Of a stretch of 64,000 nucleotides of DNA, positions 48,101-60,466 are shown piece after piece. Position 1 is the stretch's first letter, and every line of letters starts with the position of its first letter. The notes beneath the pieces are model-generated. The model was not told the DNA's origin. It ran no database searches and saw nothing but the letters and a program-made list of their open reading frames with translations. The translations under genes were made by a program, and so were the position numbers. Source of the stretch: Carpediemonas membranifera BICM (Eukaryota; Protista; Fornicata); NCBI GenBank assembly GCA_019828565.1, contig JAHDYR010000005.1, positions 1,091,342 through 1,155,341 of the forward strand. The letters run 5' to 3'.

Positions 48101-48613
48101 CTGCGATGACAGCTGGCTACCAGGGGCGTGGACCTCTTCGACAGATGGAAGGAGACTGGCAGGGTCGTTGTTGCCCATCACGTTTCTCCTGATCTCTCGG
48201 AAGAATTCGGCCGCCACCGACGGAGCTGTTTTGGCAGAACGCAGCGGTGTTGCTTTTGGGAGTACTGCTAAGAGTAACACCCGCCGCGTCTAAGAGCCGC
48301 TTGAAGGAATCTACGATGTCCTTCAGTGCTCTCACCGTCAAACGCACAATCTTCTTGTTGTTCACGTCCTTCATCAGCTCGACGATGGCCGCTTCGGAGC
48401 ACAGCGTATCAAACACTGTCTCTACATTGCACCAACGTGCGTCAATGAACTCAGCATTGACAAATTTCGCGTAGTCGGTACGAACAGTCTGCAGCAGAAG
48501 CTGTACGTCCCGAGCAAGCGCGTTTTCGCGCCAATCGGACGTTATGGAAACTCTCATCGCCATCTGGCCTCCAGGATCAGCCTGGGGCGCAGAAAATGAC
48601 GACATTTCCATTT
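45179..48613 (-). mobile_element. CRE-like family A copy 5 (full length; RT to C-terminus intact in ORF 45399-47912)
   Basis: 12-mers at 45167 and 48614. Confidence 0.95.
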
Positions 48614-48625
48614 CGGGAGGGAGCA

Positions 48626-51600
48626 TCGTTTATTGCCTTTTGGACGAACTGTATTGCGAGCGGCGAGGCGCAGCCGAGCTTCGCGAGCCTGAGCGCAGCG
48701 AAGACGTCACTCTAGTGGTCAGTATGTCGGGTTTGAGGCACTGCTCGCTCCGAAATCTCCCTTTCGACTCTCCACTCAGTCACAACGAACGCGAACGCGA
48801 ATAACGCGCAGATCACGCTCAAAGTACAGAAACAACATCAGTATTAGTGGTTGAGGCCATTAGCCTCAGCTTGACGGTGCGCAGCATCCGCCTGGCGCAT
48901 GAACGCATGGAACACATGAACTTGCTGCCGCATACAGGCCATCATGACCGCGTCGGCAATCTGCCCAACAGTTTCGGCATCAAGGCCCAAAACGTCGCGC
49001 ATCTCATCGGTCCATCCTCTCCCATGCACAGCACCAACACCACCACTCTGGCGAACGACCACGGGAATAACCCGGACGTTCCAGTTGGCGTACTGCTCCT
49101 TCTTGCTCCGCATAGATGCAGACGCGTGATTGCTCACCACTACGTCAAGCACAACGGGTTCGGTATGGCCCGGTCTGGTCAAGAGGAGGTCCGCCCGCGC
49201 CTTGACCCGTTTGGTCCGGTCCACAGTCCACTCGCTGCCCCGTCCGAGCCAATGCTCAACTCTTACGCGCCAGGGGTGCCCGCGCAGCAGTTTGGCGAGC
49301 GTGTCGCGAATTTGGTCGTGCCGCTCCGATCCCAGCCCCTCCCTCAGGAAGGGACAGGTAAGAGAATGCTCGGCTGAGCAGGGGACAGACCGGTGGTTAA
49401 CACTACGGGCCAGGCATAGCGGACAGACGTCGTGGCCTGTCTCAAAGGCAGGAAGGCCGACATGGTTGCGAAGCATCGGTGCAGCACCCTCGTCACAGGG
49501 GTTACGACCCATAGCGGCTGGATCAGCCGCGAGTAGAGACCTGATCACGTTTGGCGAGTCGACTGGAAACAGTCAGTTGGCTGGAAATGTTATCCTGCAG
49601 GAGGCGTACCAACTTCTTCTGCGTGCTCTCGAGTGAGAGCTTTCTGACATCGCCATATGATGTCGGCCAATCCTTGGGCGTCGCGGCGAGAGCCGGGATG
49701 CATGGCAGTGCGTCTTGGATGAGAGCCTCGGGCCTTTCGACCTTCAGCTCTATGAGTTGTCGTGCGGCACCCAGATAGGCTGGGGCCCACACAACAGAGG
49801 GCATGGCCAATCCGAGCCCGCCTTGACTGACCGGCAGACAGAGCCTTGCGGCGAAGTCCTTATCAGTCTCTGCGCTGGACTGGAGCAGCTTCAGGATGGC
49901 GGGGACCACCTTCTGCTGTTCGAAGTCCAGTTGCGACTCGAACATGTCACCCCCGCCCGGCGAAACATTGCGGAAGAAGTGCTCCCACTTGGTGAGGGGC
50001 ACACAGTTTCGTCACTAGGAGGGCAGGGGCGACGGCTTCCGCGCCAATGTCAGAGACCATCGATGCAGCAGCGTCAAGCAGCTCCATAACCTTGCGGTTA
50101 GCAGAGCCTAGCTCCCGCATGATGTGCGTGGCGGAGCCGATTGGAACACCAACCAGCTTGGTATCGCGTCTCCGTGGGACGCCACCAGTTGTGTTGCCGT
50201 CAACGACATCCTTATGGGCTAGCACGCACTTGGCACGGTTGAGGCGGAGGCCAACCTCGTTGAACTTCTGAGCGGCGAGTTCTGTGAGATTGTTGGCCTC
50301 ACGGCCGACCCCAGGCGACTGTAGCGGGCGGGTAGTGGTGGCTACAATGTCATCCTGGTAGGCACGGATGCACCACCCAGGGAAAGCCTCGCGCAAGACG
50401 TCCAGAATGGGCTTAACGCCTAAGCTGAAAAGAATTGGCGAGAGCGGGTCCCCTTGGTGAATGCCTTCAGCCGACCTCATGGTGATGCCGGAGGTAGAGA
50501 AAAGTAAGCCCCGTCGGTACATGGTCGACAGGTATGGGATGAGCGCCGGCATGTAGGCCGCCACCACCTTCATGGCGAAGGCCCTCGACAAGCATCCATA
50601 GGCGTTGGAAAGGTCGAGTGTGAGCACTGTACCGCCACTTCGGTAGACTGCACTCACCTCCTCTCCCAACCTCTCCAAGCCGCACTTCTCACCTACTCCG
50701 AACTGGTCCTTCAGGGCACGATCGACGTCAACCAGCCGCTTACGGACGGACCAGGCGAGTGCCTTTGCCGCCACACGGCGAATAGAGTCGCCGATCGCGA
50801 CCCCTCGGACCTTCCCTTCACCTTTCGGCACAGGGACGAGAATGCAATGACTGAACACATCAGTGTAAGCTTCTCCGTTCAGGATGTCCTGAACCAGCGG
50901 GAGCAGAGCCTGGACTAGTTCGCGCCTTGATGTCTTGTAGGCGATCTTCAGGTGAAGGAACGATAGCCCGGAGGGCCCCGGGGCCGCCTCAGACTTGAGT
51001 GTGTTGAGGATGGTCTTCAGAGTCTTAGAGGAAACTTCGACACACTGCAGGGGGTTCTCGGGGACGTCTCGCATGGGGACGTCGGGACAAAGCCCGTTGA
51101 ACCCAACCTGGAGGTCCCGCAGTTGAGCGTCGATTTCAGTCGGTGTCAGGTCAGTCTCATTGGCTACCATGGACGTGGCGGCCTTCGAGACAAACCCGTG
51201 GCGAATCAGGTTCAGCGTCCGACGCCACTTGCTCGCGCTAGCGCGTCGTCCGCCTCGGTCCGATGGCGGTGCGTACAGCGTCTTGGGGTAGTCTACAACC
51301 TTAAGAGCCTCAGCCCGCTTGGCGTCGTCACCTGTCGCGTTGTTCACCTCCCTCAATCGTTCAATAAGGCCTCGTGTGAACTTCTCGCGCCCGCGCTTGG
51401 GCGGAGCGATCTTTCCGAGGAACAAGGCCTGACCCGGGGGAAGGAAGACATCGGGTCGATGAGCAGGGGTAGTGGGAGGTGCTGATGGCGGGGTTAGGGG
51501 GAAACCAACCGCCGAAACGTGAGCTGCCGTGTCTGCCTGGACCTCTTCGTCAACAGGCTGCGATGACAGACCCTCGTCGTCCGTCGCGATCTCTACTACA

Positions 51601-52069
51601 GAGGGAGGGACATTTGCAGCGGTCTCTGGACGCATAGCGTTGTCTCGTATCGTGCAGGCGATAATCGCAATGGACTTGGGGGCTGTGTTTGCAGAACGCA
51701 ACGAAGTTGCCGTTGGCAGCGCCTGTGTAGTGATGCTGTGGGCCTTAAGGAGGTCCTTGAAGCTGTCAGCAATCGCCTTCAGGGCTTTCACGGTAAAGCG
51801 TACGATGTGTTTGTTCTGGACGTCGCGCATGAGCTCGACAACCGCAGTTTCAGAGCACAATGTGTTGAACACCGTGTCCGTATCACACCACAGTCTGTCA
51901 ATTAGGCTTATGTCGACGAACTTCGCGTAGGTGCTATGAACTTCGGTAAGAAGAGCACGAACATCCTCGGCGAAGACGCTTTCGCGCCATACGAGTCTCG
52001 TACGTCGTCGAGTCACCATCTGGCCTCCAGGATCAGCCTGGGGCGCAGAAAATGACGACATTTCCATTT
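48626..52069 (-). mobile_element. CRE-like family B copy 2 (full length, 3444 bp; CDS 48844-52067 with two frameshifts)
   Basis: 12-mers at 48614 and 52070; same domain set as family A with divergent sequence. Confidence 0.95.
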
Positions 52070-52766
52070 CGGGAGGGAGCAAACTTTTATGTAATCAACG
52101 ACAAACTGTCTAGCGAGCGGCGAGGCGCAGCCGAGCTTCGCGAGCCTGAGCGCAGCGAAGCAGTTTGAGGCTATGGGGTGCGTCGGGGTCCTCCGTCGCT
52201 CCATCCAGTGAGTCGCTGGCGAGTCAACAAAACCAACAAGAACACTCTGAAGCGCTCTGCACGAGCCGATTGCTACACCAATATCAGAATTGAGTAACAA
52301 TTAGTGGGAGAGGCCCAAATCCTCTGCTGCAGCATGTGCTGCGTCGCATTGCTTGATGAACGCTGCATATGTGTGCACTTGCCCTCTCATGCACGCCAAG
52401 AAAGCGTTATCAGCCATCTCGCGGACCTGCTCAGCCTTAAGACCAAGTTCATCGCGCAAATCGTCCGTCCAGCCCCTTCCGTGCACTCTTCCAACGTCAC
52501 CGTTGTGAAGCGTCACCGCGGGTATGAGCTTGACGTCCCAGTTGGAGTACTGGGCGCGCTTGCTCGTCATGGCCTGAGACACGTGGTTGCTGACGACGTT
52601 GTCAATGACGATTGCCTTCACGCCAGGTTTCGTGAGGAGGATGTCCGCCCGCGCCTTCATAGGCTTGGTCCGGTCAATGGTCCACTCACTGGCCTTGTTC
52701 AACCACACCTCGGACTGGACTCTCCAGCCATAACCCTTCAGGTCTCTCACCAGCCCGTCCTTGATA

Positions 52767-52788
52767 GGTAAGGTTACCTTACCTTACC
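52767..52788. repeat. Head-to-head (TAAGG)n/(CCTTA)n telomere-like junction
   Basis: GGTAAGG-TTACCTTACCTTACC exactly at the breakpoint. Confidence 0.6.
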
Positions 52789-53391
52789 CGTTGCGACCCC
52801 CGTCTGACCCAGGAGCCCGACCATCCGGCCCTCAATCGGACGCAGAGCGTCGGCCGAGGCATGATTGCCACTGAGGATATCTCAGCTGGCACATGTCTCG
52901 GCATATACTTCGGGAAGCTGATTCCCGATGCTGAGACGGCCAGCAACAACGGCCAGATGGTGTTTGTTTCGCATATTCCATTACCATTACACAGCATGTC
53001 ATTCGCTGACAGTCAGGTCGCCGTCGATGCCATGTCGGCCGCAGCGGGTGTCCACCTGATTAACCACAGCCCTGACGATGTCAACTGTGAGTTCGTGGAC
53101 GTCTTGGTGGATGGCCTGCCAGTGATATCGGTCAGGGCCACTGCCAACATCGTTCGCGGCGAGTTCTTGCGCATCGATTATGGCGAGACCTACTTTGAGG
53201 CCGATGAAGAGGAGCACCCGGTTGCTCGCTTCAAGAGTCTCGCCATAGATGACCCTCACTACCTCGCTCGAAAGGTGGAGCAGTTCAAAATACTGCAGGT
53301 CAAGCCGCAGCCCCGCAAGCGGAAGACCAAGTCCAACCCCGCCCGTAAGCGCTTCCACACTGCGCGCATGACTCAAGGCAAGAGTGAATAA
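52789..53391 (+). CDS. SET-domain lysine methyltransferase, 5'-truncated at the junction
   Basis: GRGMIATEDI..YFG, LINHS..NC, GEFLRIDYG; frame open back to the repeat junction. Confidence 0.85.
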   Translation, partial: RCDPRLTQEPDHPALNRTQSVGRGMIATEDISAGTCLGIYFGKLIPDAETASNNGQMVFVSHIPLPLHSMSFADSQVAVDAMSAAAGVHLINHSPDDVNCEFVDVLVDGLPVISVRATANIVRGEFLRIDYGETYFEADEEEHPVARFKSLAIDDPHYLARKVEQFKILQVKPQPRKRKTKSNPARKRFHTARMTQGKSE

Positions 53392-53421
53392 ACTTGAAGA
53401 GATATCAATTCAATCAATCAT

Positions 53422-54318
53422 TTATGAGCGGGTGACATCCTCCGGACGAGTAGCACGCTTCTCGGGCTCTGCGGCAGCTGCCTTGCGCTTGCGGTCCGGA
53501 AGACTGTAGACACAGGCATGACGATTCTCGATGACGATGAACTGAGTGAGCTTCATGCTCTCACAAAGACCTAAGATCTTGTCCAGCGTCGCATCCTGGA
53601 TGGGCAAGAACTCTGAATCTTCCCAACCTTTGTGGACCCAGAGGCAGGTAAGGTCCTCGTCGATCTGGGTGATGATTACCGGAGTGTGACTCAGCTCTAC
53701 ACTGGCCTGGATGGCCTCATGGTCTGCCCAGGGGAAAGGGGAGCCAGGCATCTCAGAGAACGGGTCGCCCTCGAACCCCTTGCCCTCACAGAAGGATCGG
53801 ATGTCCTCGTACAGCTGAAGCTTCTCACCAACAGTAGGCTGGGACCCAGTCCTGATGAGATGCATGGCGCTGAGAATGCATGAGCCATCCCCAGGCACCT
53901 CAGACCGCTTCAGAGAGCTTGTATCGTTCTTAAACTTCTTAGCGGTCTTCTCCATGATGGTCTGGACGTCATCTTTGGGGTCTGCGGCCACCAAAGCCTC
54001 CCGATCCAGGTCTATGACCTCAGCCTCCTTCTTCAAGGGCACAAGCTTCTCCGTCTCGAGCTTTTCAATCTTGGCCCGGGCTCGCCAAAGCTCCCTCTTC
54101 AAATCACGGATCGCACCGTTGTGTTCCACGGCAAGATGGCGGCGCAGGAGGCGCGATGTGCCACTCAGGGTACTTCTGTGGACGGGAGAGTCCATCAGAA
54201 GCGCGTCCAGGTGCCTTATCCGGTCGAACTGCACGTCGACCGGGTCCGACAGCTCAGGCTCGGCGTTGTTCTTGAACGAACGGACGACCCCCGACCTTCC
54301 TGGCTTCACCTTGCGCAT
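53422..54318 (-). CDS. Coiled-coil plus OTU-like cysteine protease
   Basis: EVPGDGSCILSAM, WADHEAIQA, NRHA. Confidence 0.72.
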   Translation of the reverse strand: MRKVKPGRSGVVRSFKNNAEPELSDPVDVQFDRIRHLDALLMDSPVHRSTLSGTSRLLRRHLAVEHNGAIRDLKRELWRARAKIEKLETEKLVPLKKEAEVIDLDREALVAADPKDDVQTIMEKTAKKFKNDTSSLKRSEVPGDGSCILSAMHLIRTGSQPTVGEKLQLYEDIRSFCEGKGFEGDPFSEMPGSPFPWADHEAIQASVELSHTPVIITQIDEDLTCLWVHKGWEDSEFLPIQDATLDKILGLCESMKLTQFIVIENRHACVYSLPDRKRKAAAAEPEKRATRPEDVTRS

Positions 54319-54359
54319 TATGCGCTCACGGAGCAGCGAAAGGACTGAATAAGCAGGAG

Positions 54360-54795
54360 TTATTTGGAGTACTTACCTCCAACGTCGTGCTCGTGATCCG
54401 AAGACACTTCTCGGCGGACCTTCTGGACAAGGCTGTCGTAGGCATGATCTCCCATGACCTTCTTCAGCTCAGCCGATGTCGTGATCAGCTCAAGCTGAGC
54501 CTCGGCAGTTTCTCTTAGGTGCAGGATAAGGTGAGGCGACCTGAAGAGCTTGCGAAGCGTTTTCCAGCCAATATCTGTGTAAAAAGGTATGGGGAAAGTA
54601 CTTACGATCACGAAGAAGGGCGGTGAGGATCTTGTCATCGGGCAGAAGGAACTTACGAAGAAGTGAGCACTTGATCATCTCCTGCGCGTTTGATGAGGCC
54701 TGACTGATCTCAGCGCTGTCATAGAAGATAAAGAACTGCTTACCAAACGTTTTCGAACGCTTCAAGAGCATGTAGAAGTCGAAAACCGATTGCAT
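54360..54795 (-). CDS. Hypothetical protein (two overlapping frames, probable frameshift)
   Basis: ORFs 54490-54795 and 54360-54638 with coding-like composition. Confidence 0.45.
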
Positions 54796-54799
54796 GATT

Positions 54800-54968
54800 A
54801 TAAGGCTCTCAGGACCTAATGAAAAAATTCATAAGGCTCTGAGAGCCTAATAAACCATGCGGAAAAATGACCAGTATCAGTAGGCAACGGCGCGCGGGAG
54901 ATTCATTAGGCTCTGAGAGCCTTATACACGATTTCGAATTGGTGTATAAGGCTCTGAGAGCCTTATGA
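54800..54968. repeat. Cluster of AGGCTC(T/A)GAGAGCCT-type imperfect palindromes
   Basis: AGGCTCTGAGAGCCT at 54834, 54908 and 54949, plus a degenerate copy near 54803. Confidence 0.85.
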
Positions 54969-55496
54969 ACTCAGAGGAGGTCCTCGGGGCACTTCGGTGC
55001 AGAATTTTGATTGGGCATCTGATTGGACCATGGGGCGGATGCTCAGAGGGATGAATGCGAGCTCAATGGAGACCATTGGACATGTCAGAGATGGCATGTC
55101 CAGGTGAAGGTCCATCATGGAAGGAGCCATTCACGATAAGTCTTCTAAATGTTGTGTTGCGAGCGTCTGAAGGGCTTTCTCTGGATACCGACCAAGATGG
55201 AGGTCACGTGGATCAACGGACGATAATTGCGGTATTCTGGCCTTGTATGCCACTCTTAAATCCATTGTTTGATCCATTCCCGCGTTTATAGTTCATCTCA
55301 ACGCTTCCTCGACGAGTTACAATTGTTGATGTTGTTTAGGTTCTATTACAGGCCATTCGAGGCCACAGAGCTCTCATGATGTTGTTTTTAGTGATATGCA
55401 CATGCTTGCCAGCGTTTGAGGATCGATACTCTTCTCCTTTCTTCGTTTGGTTTTCTAATTTCGTTGCGAGCATAAAGTGCACCTTGAAGAAACGTT

Positions 55497-56183
55497 ATGC
55501 CTCCGAAACGGAGTAATACTGCTAAGAGCAAGGGCAGAAAGCGTCTAAACGCTGTGGAAATGATTTCTACTTACTTAGAGAAGGAGCACGCTGCTGGAAG
55601 CATCTCCGCTGCCGATGTCGCCACCGGAAACCGCATTTGCAATGAGGTGGTTGACAGACGCCCCAATGACCTCCCCACATTCGTTCCGGAGGATCTTAGG
55701 GATGAAGCGGAGTTCCGTTCTCTCGATAGCATTGAGCAGATCATGGCGCAGTACAAGGGCGAGTCTTCTGAGGCCAAGGAGAAGCGCTTCAGGGCCCTCA
55801 TCAGCCTGGACGCCGAAGGAGATGAGGTCGACCATGGCAGCCCTCTCTTGGCAACTGTCCGTGAGTACCGCGAGCTGTTCCACGGCATCCCTCAGTCGGT
55901 CCGCCCCCGCGCTTACGCCTTCGTCGCCCAGAGGCTTGGTATCTCTGTCGACAAGGTCAGAGAGGTCCTTCTGGAGAGTGTGTGCCGCAAGGACTCTAAG
56001 CTCATCTTCGAGCGTCCGCAGCTTGTCCTCAAGAAGCACTCGAAGACCTTCAAGGACCTCGCCGCTGTGATTGAGAAGAGGAACGCTGCCCGTGCCGCTG
56101 CAGAGGCTCGTGATGTTCTGCGTATACCCGTTTACGCGAGCCTCCTGCTCTTCCACGCAGCTAACGTCAACTCAAATGAGTAA
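55497..56183 (+). CDS. Hypothetical protein (228 aa, basic NLS-like N-terminus)
   Basis: ATG-started ORF MPPKRS..KGRKR in an AT-richer flanking context. Confidence 0.65.
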   Translation: MPPKRSNTAKSKGRKRLNAVEMISTYLEKEHAAGSISAADVATGNRICNEVVDRRPNDLPTFVPEDLRDEAEFRSLDSIEQIMAQYKGESSEAKEKRFRALISLDAEGDEVDHGSPLLATVREYRELFHGIPQSVRPRAYAFVAQRLGISVDKVREVLLESVCRKDSKLIFERPQLVLKKHSKTFKDLAAVIEKRNAARAAAEARDVLRIPVYASLLLFHAANVNSNE

Positions 56184-56203
56184 TAAATCGACTGCTTCTT
56201 CAT

Positions 56204-57058
56204 TTAATCTTCATTCTCTTCCTCATCTTCCTTCTCAGACAGCAGATGGTACCACTCTTCCTCGAAATAGTTCTCTTTCTGGTAATCCTTACGCATCTTT
56301 GATCTCTTATCCACGATCTTTTGGACCAAATCCCTTCGGTTGCTGTCGTAAAGGGCGATGATTATCTCACGTTGCTTCTTGCGCGTCGGGTGCGGGGTAA
56401 CACTCTTCCTCAGACGCTTAATGTAGCGGTTGAGCTTGTCCGAGGGCTTGGTGGGCAGGGTGGGTTGGGTGGCTTGGGTTCTCTTTGGGGGAGGCTGGAC
56501 CTGGTCCACAGAAGTGAAAGCCGTACCGTAGTCGACGGACGGGGGAGCCCTCCAGGACTTCATGGCATATCCATGGCAAGCAACGAGACTCTCACCGAGC
56601 TTCGTCCACTTGTTCGGGCCGTATGTTGCCTCCATGGTCACCAGTTTCGCATCATCCAGGTACTCCATCGTGGACTTTTGCTTGGAGATGGACATCCCCA
56701 TACGCTGGTAGGCTGGCACAAGAGAACTTACACACTGCAGGCGGATCCTCTGTCCGGCAGAGGCAACCGAAAGAAGAATCGTGGCGAGACCATTGCCCCT
56801 GGCATAGAATGCCGTGCGAATAACCACAACATATAAGTCCTGGCGCAGCTCGGAAGGGGTTTCATCAGTAGCTTCGGTGTTGTATGACTCCTTCGTGAGC
56901 AACAAGGCCGAAATGATGGAATCAGTCTTGCAGTCACGAATCGCAACCAATCTGGGTAAATACCTGGGCAACACTGGGTGAACAAACATGAAGAAGCGAT
57001 GATCGATGTCATCAACTCCTCTCGTGGCAACGTCCTGCTTAAAAAAACGTACGGACAC
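56204..57058 (-). CDS. GNAT-family acetyltransferase-like protein
   Basis: Motif A VIRTAFYARGNGLATILL and motif B LVPAYQRMGM; start uncertain. Confidence 0.68.
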   Translation of the reverse strand: MSVRFFKQDVATRGVDDIDHRFFMFVHPVLPRYLPRLVAIRDCKTDSIISALLLTKESYNTEATDETPSELRQDLYVVVIRTAFYARGNGLATILLSVASAGQRIRLQCVSSLVPAYQRMGMSISKQKSTMEYLDDAKLVTMEATYGPNKWTKLGESLVACHGYAMKSWRAPPSVDYGTAFTSVDQVQPPPKRTQATQPTLPTKPSDKLNRYIKRLRKSVTPHPTRKKQREIIIALYDSNRRDLVQKIVDKRSKMRKDYQKENYFEEEWYHLLSEKEDEEENED

Positions 57059-57146
57059 TGGGGATGATGTCTGACTTATCAGAAAGTCTTACGTACTGTA
57101 TATAAGCCTTATGGGCTGCAAGAGTATCCTCTGTCCAAGATTCTTT

Positions 57147-59920
57147 CCCCGTTTGGTTCATTTTCACAAACTTTTTGTGAAACCTGCGAAATGTGAAATG
57201 TGCCATTCATGAAAAAAAGTGGCACATATGAAAAATGAATGAATTTATCACGGAACCATCTTACATCACTTTATATCACGCGGATGCCTCAATTCTGTCT
57301 GCTACACTCTCCACACAGGCAGCAAACTAACTCTATGCCATGGTCCGCCAGACTGCATGACATCGTGCCCTCCTCACCCCACGTCAGCGTCGTATGCTCT
57401 TCTACAAACTCCCACACTTCATCAACAGTCTCCTGAAAGGTCTGGATCATCTCACGAGTTGGCTCGAAGGTCACGGTGGTCAGTGTGCGGACACCAAACC
57501 AATGCTTCGCATCCTTACAGCAGTCGTGAACTCGCACACACTTGAGTCGCTGGAGCTGGGGGACAGAGTAGTCCTGCCGACCAAAAAGAACGCATGCCCG
57601 TCAGGAAGGAACACGCGAGAGTTGTCTGCTCGATCAAGCAAATGCCCTCAAGGACTGCCTTCCTGTGCAACTTGGCTGCTACCTCCTGGTTCTTGATGAA
57701 CTCTCGCTCAAAGTACTCCTCTAGGATATAGAACAGCGGCACCTTGAGATGCTTGTGGCACAGGGGGCTGCGTCGTGAGTCTGCTGATGCTGTAGAGGTT
57801 CTCAGCGCACGGTTTCTCCTTCGTCTTCGCTTCGCTGCTTGATAGCAGGGATATGGAAGTCTTATCCTTGTTAGGAATGAACGCAATCGTGACGTGAATG
57901 AGGTGGGCCACTGCGGCAGCCATGAAGTGAAACGCGACAGCCGCGTCAGTCACAGGTTCGGACGAGTAGTACATGGCCTGGAGGTAGCCAATGAGCCGAA
58001 TGATATCTTGAATGCACTCAGGGAGAGCAACGTAGTCCTCTTGGTCGTGGCAGCCATCCTTACACGTGCGGACGACTGCTCGTTACAACCTACGGTCCTA
58101 TCGATGCTTCGCATGGACGACATACGGCCAAGCTTGAGGTTGAGGAGCTTATTCTGGATGATCTCCTCGCGGGACCCGCGGGTGGTGGGATGCTTCTTGA
58201 AAGAACCACAGATATGGGCAACCTGCTCGAGTAAACGGTGCGAGTCGTGCATGAATGGAGGGCATATGACGATCTTCTCAAGAGGGATGACACTACAATT
58301 CTCGAACACCATGCGTTCATTGGTGAAATCGCCATAGATTGCAAGTACATCTTGAACTCGGTTCGGGTCGTCGACTTCAGCCTGGTATGCTGTCTTATCG
58401 TCCAGGTTGTCCTTGATGGTGAGACGATGGCGGCCTGCTATCGGGTGGAGCGCCTTACTTTTTTTGTGGTAAATCGTGTTGCAAGGGTGTGGATAGTTGG
58501 GCCGGCCCGACTTTCTGGACAGCATGTGGCGGAGGGCGGCATGATCGCCCATGACGATGACATGGTCGAAGATCGTGACCTCACCAGTGTCTCTGATGGG
58601 TATCTGACTCGTATATAGGCGCTCAATCTCCTTCTCGACGCGAGAAAGAGACTCTTCCATCAACAAATCACCCTCGCTACCCATATACTCGACTATACGG
58701 AAAGGTGGAGTAATCTTGTTGGGGAATGTGAAGCCTGTGGGGTCGTAGATGCGGAGCTTGAAGGCAGCAGAACCCCCTTTCCACCCGTCAAGCCATAGTA
58801 GGATCTTCATGGGGCTAAACGTGACTCCAACCCTGTTGCCAAGGGCGTTCTTGCATCGAACGTAGTTGGGCTGGTCCGACTCGAGCCATTCCGGGTGGCG
58901 AACAGCTTGCTTGAGGTAACGAACGGCATCAAACCAGACTCGATCAACCTTGTCCCATGTGGAGCTGTTGAGCCGCTTGCCGAGGGTGACTCCCTGGGTC
59001 TGCTTGAGCTCAGGGCGATGACTTGTGGCCTCATCGCTCGTCTCGTAGTGAAGATCAAGCATTGGCTTCTCCCACTTGAAGTCAATGACGTTCTCCGCGT
59101 CCGTCAGGGGCTGGATATCGACACCCTCGTCCACCGTTAGGCGATTGGTGCACTCGAGTCTCGACTTTGTGCCATTTCTGCCCCACCGCCAGGTCGTGTT
59201 GACTGTGACAGACTCCACAGGGACGAGATGACCCAAGAAAGCAACCTCTGGTCTAGTCAGCGCTGCAACCAGGCCGTTGATCTTGGTGATATTGACCTGC
59301 AACTGCTTCACGAAGATATCAGCAGCCTTGCTGGAGATGATTGGCATATGAAGTCGCGCAGAAAGACTACGGATGAGCTTAAAGAGCTCATGGGTTGCGT
59401 TACAACCCGACTTGATGTACATCAGGATAGAAACAAGCTCCAAAAATCTGCTTGTAGTTGTCAGTTTCCTCAGTTGAGACCTCGTGCTGTCTCCGCAAGC
59501 GTTCGTGGGTGACAGCAATACGCGCGTGGTCACGTACGAAGACATCGAAGGTCGGGGCGACTCCTCTATGGGAACGTACTGCACGCAAGAAGGGTCGAGA
59601 GTCGTGCGGGTCGGCGAAAAATCTCGGATCGACCTCCATGTCCGCAAATAGGCCCTGGTTAGCCATTTCCAAGATGAGTTCACGGAATTCTCGGCGCTGG
59701 CGGCCTCGATCCTGTGTATTTCCGCCAATACCAACAAGGGAGAGGTATGTATGAGCGAGAATGTAGTTCATACGCTCTGCAGTCCTTGGAGGGCCAGTAT
59801 TGTCGTAGACAGTGCCTATGAAGGTCTGTATGACAATGTGCATGCTCAGGAATTTTTGCTGAAGTCACTTTCACATTTCACAAGTTTCACAAGAGTTTGT
59901 GAAAGATTTTTGGTTTGGGG
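57147..59920 (-). mobile_element. Putative degenerate DNA transposon with RAG1/Transib/Chapaev-like transposase (fragments 57289-59843)
   Basis: Imperfect inverted repeats at ~57162-57215 and ~59852-59904; LWLDG, MGDHAAL..YPHPC, PPFMH..R..E, EEYFE; no clear TSD. Confidence 0.5.
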
Positions 59921-60359
59921 CTTCCGCTGCTCTGTTTCCTCCAAAAAGTTGTGAGCAGCAACTACACTGAGTTTTATACGTATTCTATGCTTCTCATACC
60001 CATTGATGCGTTATTGCGCAATTCTGCTTTGCCCTCAAAGGAAAAGTGAATTTGAATTTCCCCCTGAATCTTGCAAGATACTGCGGAAGTAACGGTAAGA
60101 AAAAATGAAACTCGCCAACGAAAGCAGCTGGAAGAAAATGGTAAAAAGTATTGGAACTAGGACAATATGGTGTACACTCTGAGCAACTTCATTTCTTTCT
60201 GGCGTTCACCTGTGTCACGAGCTCTTTGGGCACTGTTTCGGGCGTTAGGACAAACCAAGGGTTCCATGATCCTTTGTTGATCTAGTTACACCTCTGTTGT
60301 TAGCACAATCTTCCAAGACCATCTCATCGTTGATAAAATTTTGCAGATTTTTCGAATGC

Positions 60360-60466
60360 GAGAAAATGAAGACTTCCCCACAGAACCTGAGTATGTACGG
60401 ATAGTACTTGACCCCCATGGATTATCCCCCCATGTTTGGTTTTTGTGGGGAAGTCTTCATTTTCTC
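60360..60466. repeat. Inverted repeat with ~28-bp arms
   Basis: GAGAAAATGAAGACTTCCCCACA...TGTGGGGAAGTCTTCATTTTCTC. Confidence 0.85.

Noticed and set aside
57058-57092. 35-nt GTAAG...CAG intron upstream of the GNAT ORF (minus strand)
   Set aside because: Splicing gives an upstream frame with a stop after a few codons; unsupported without RNA data.
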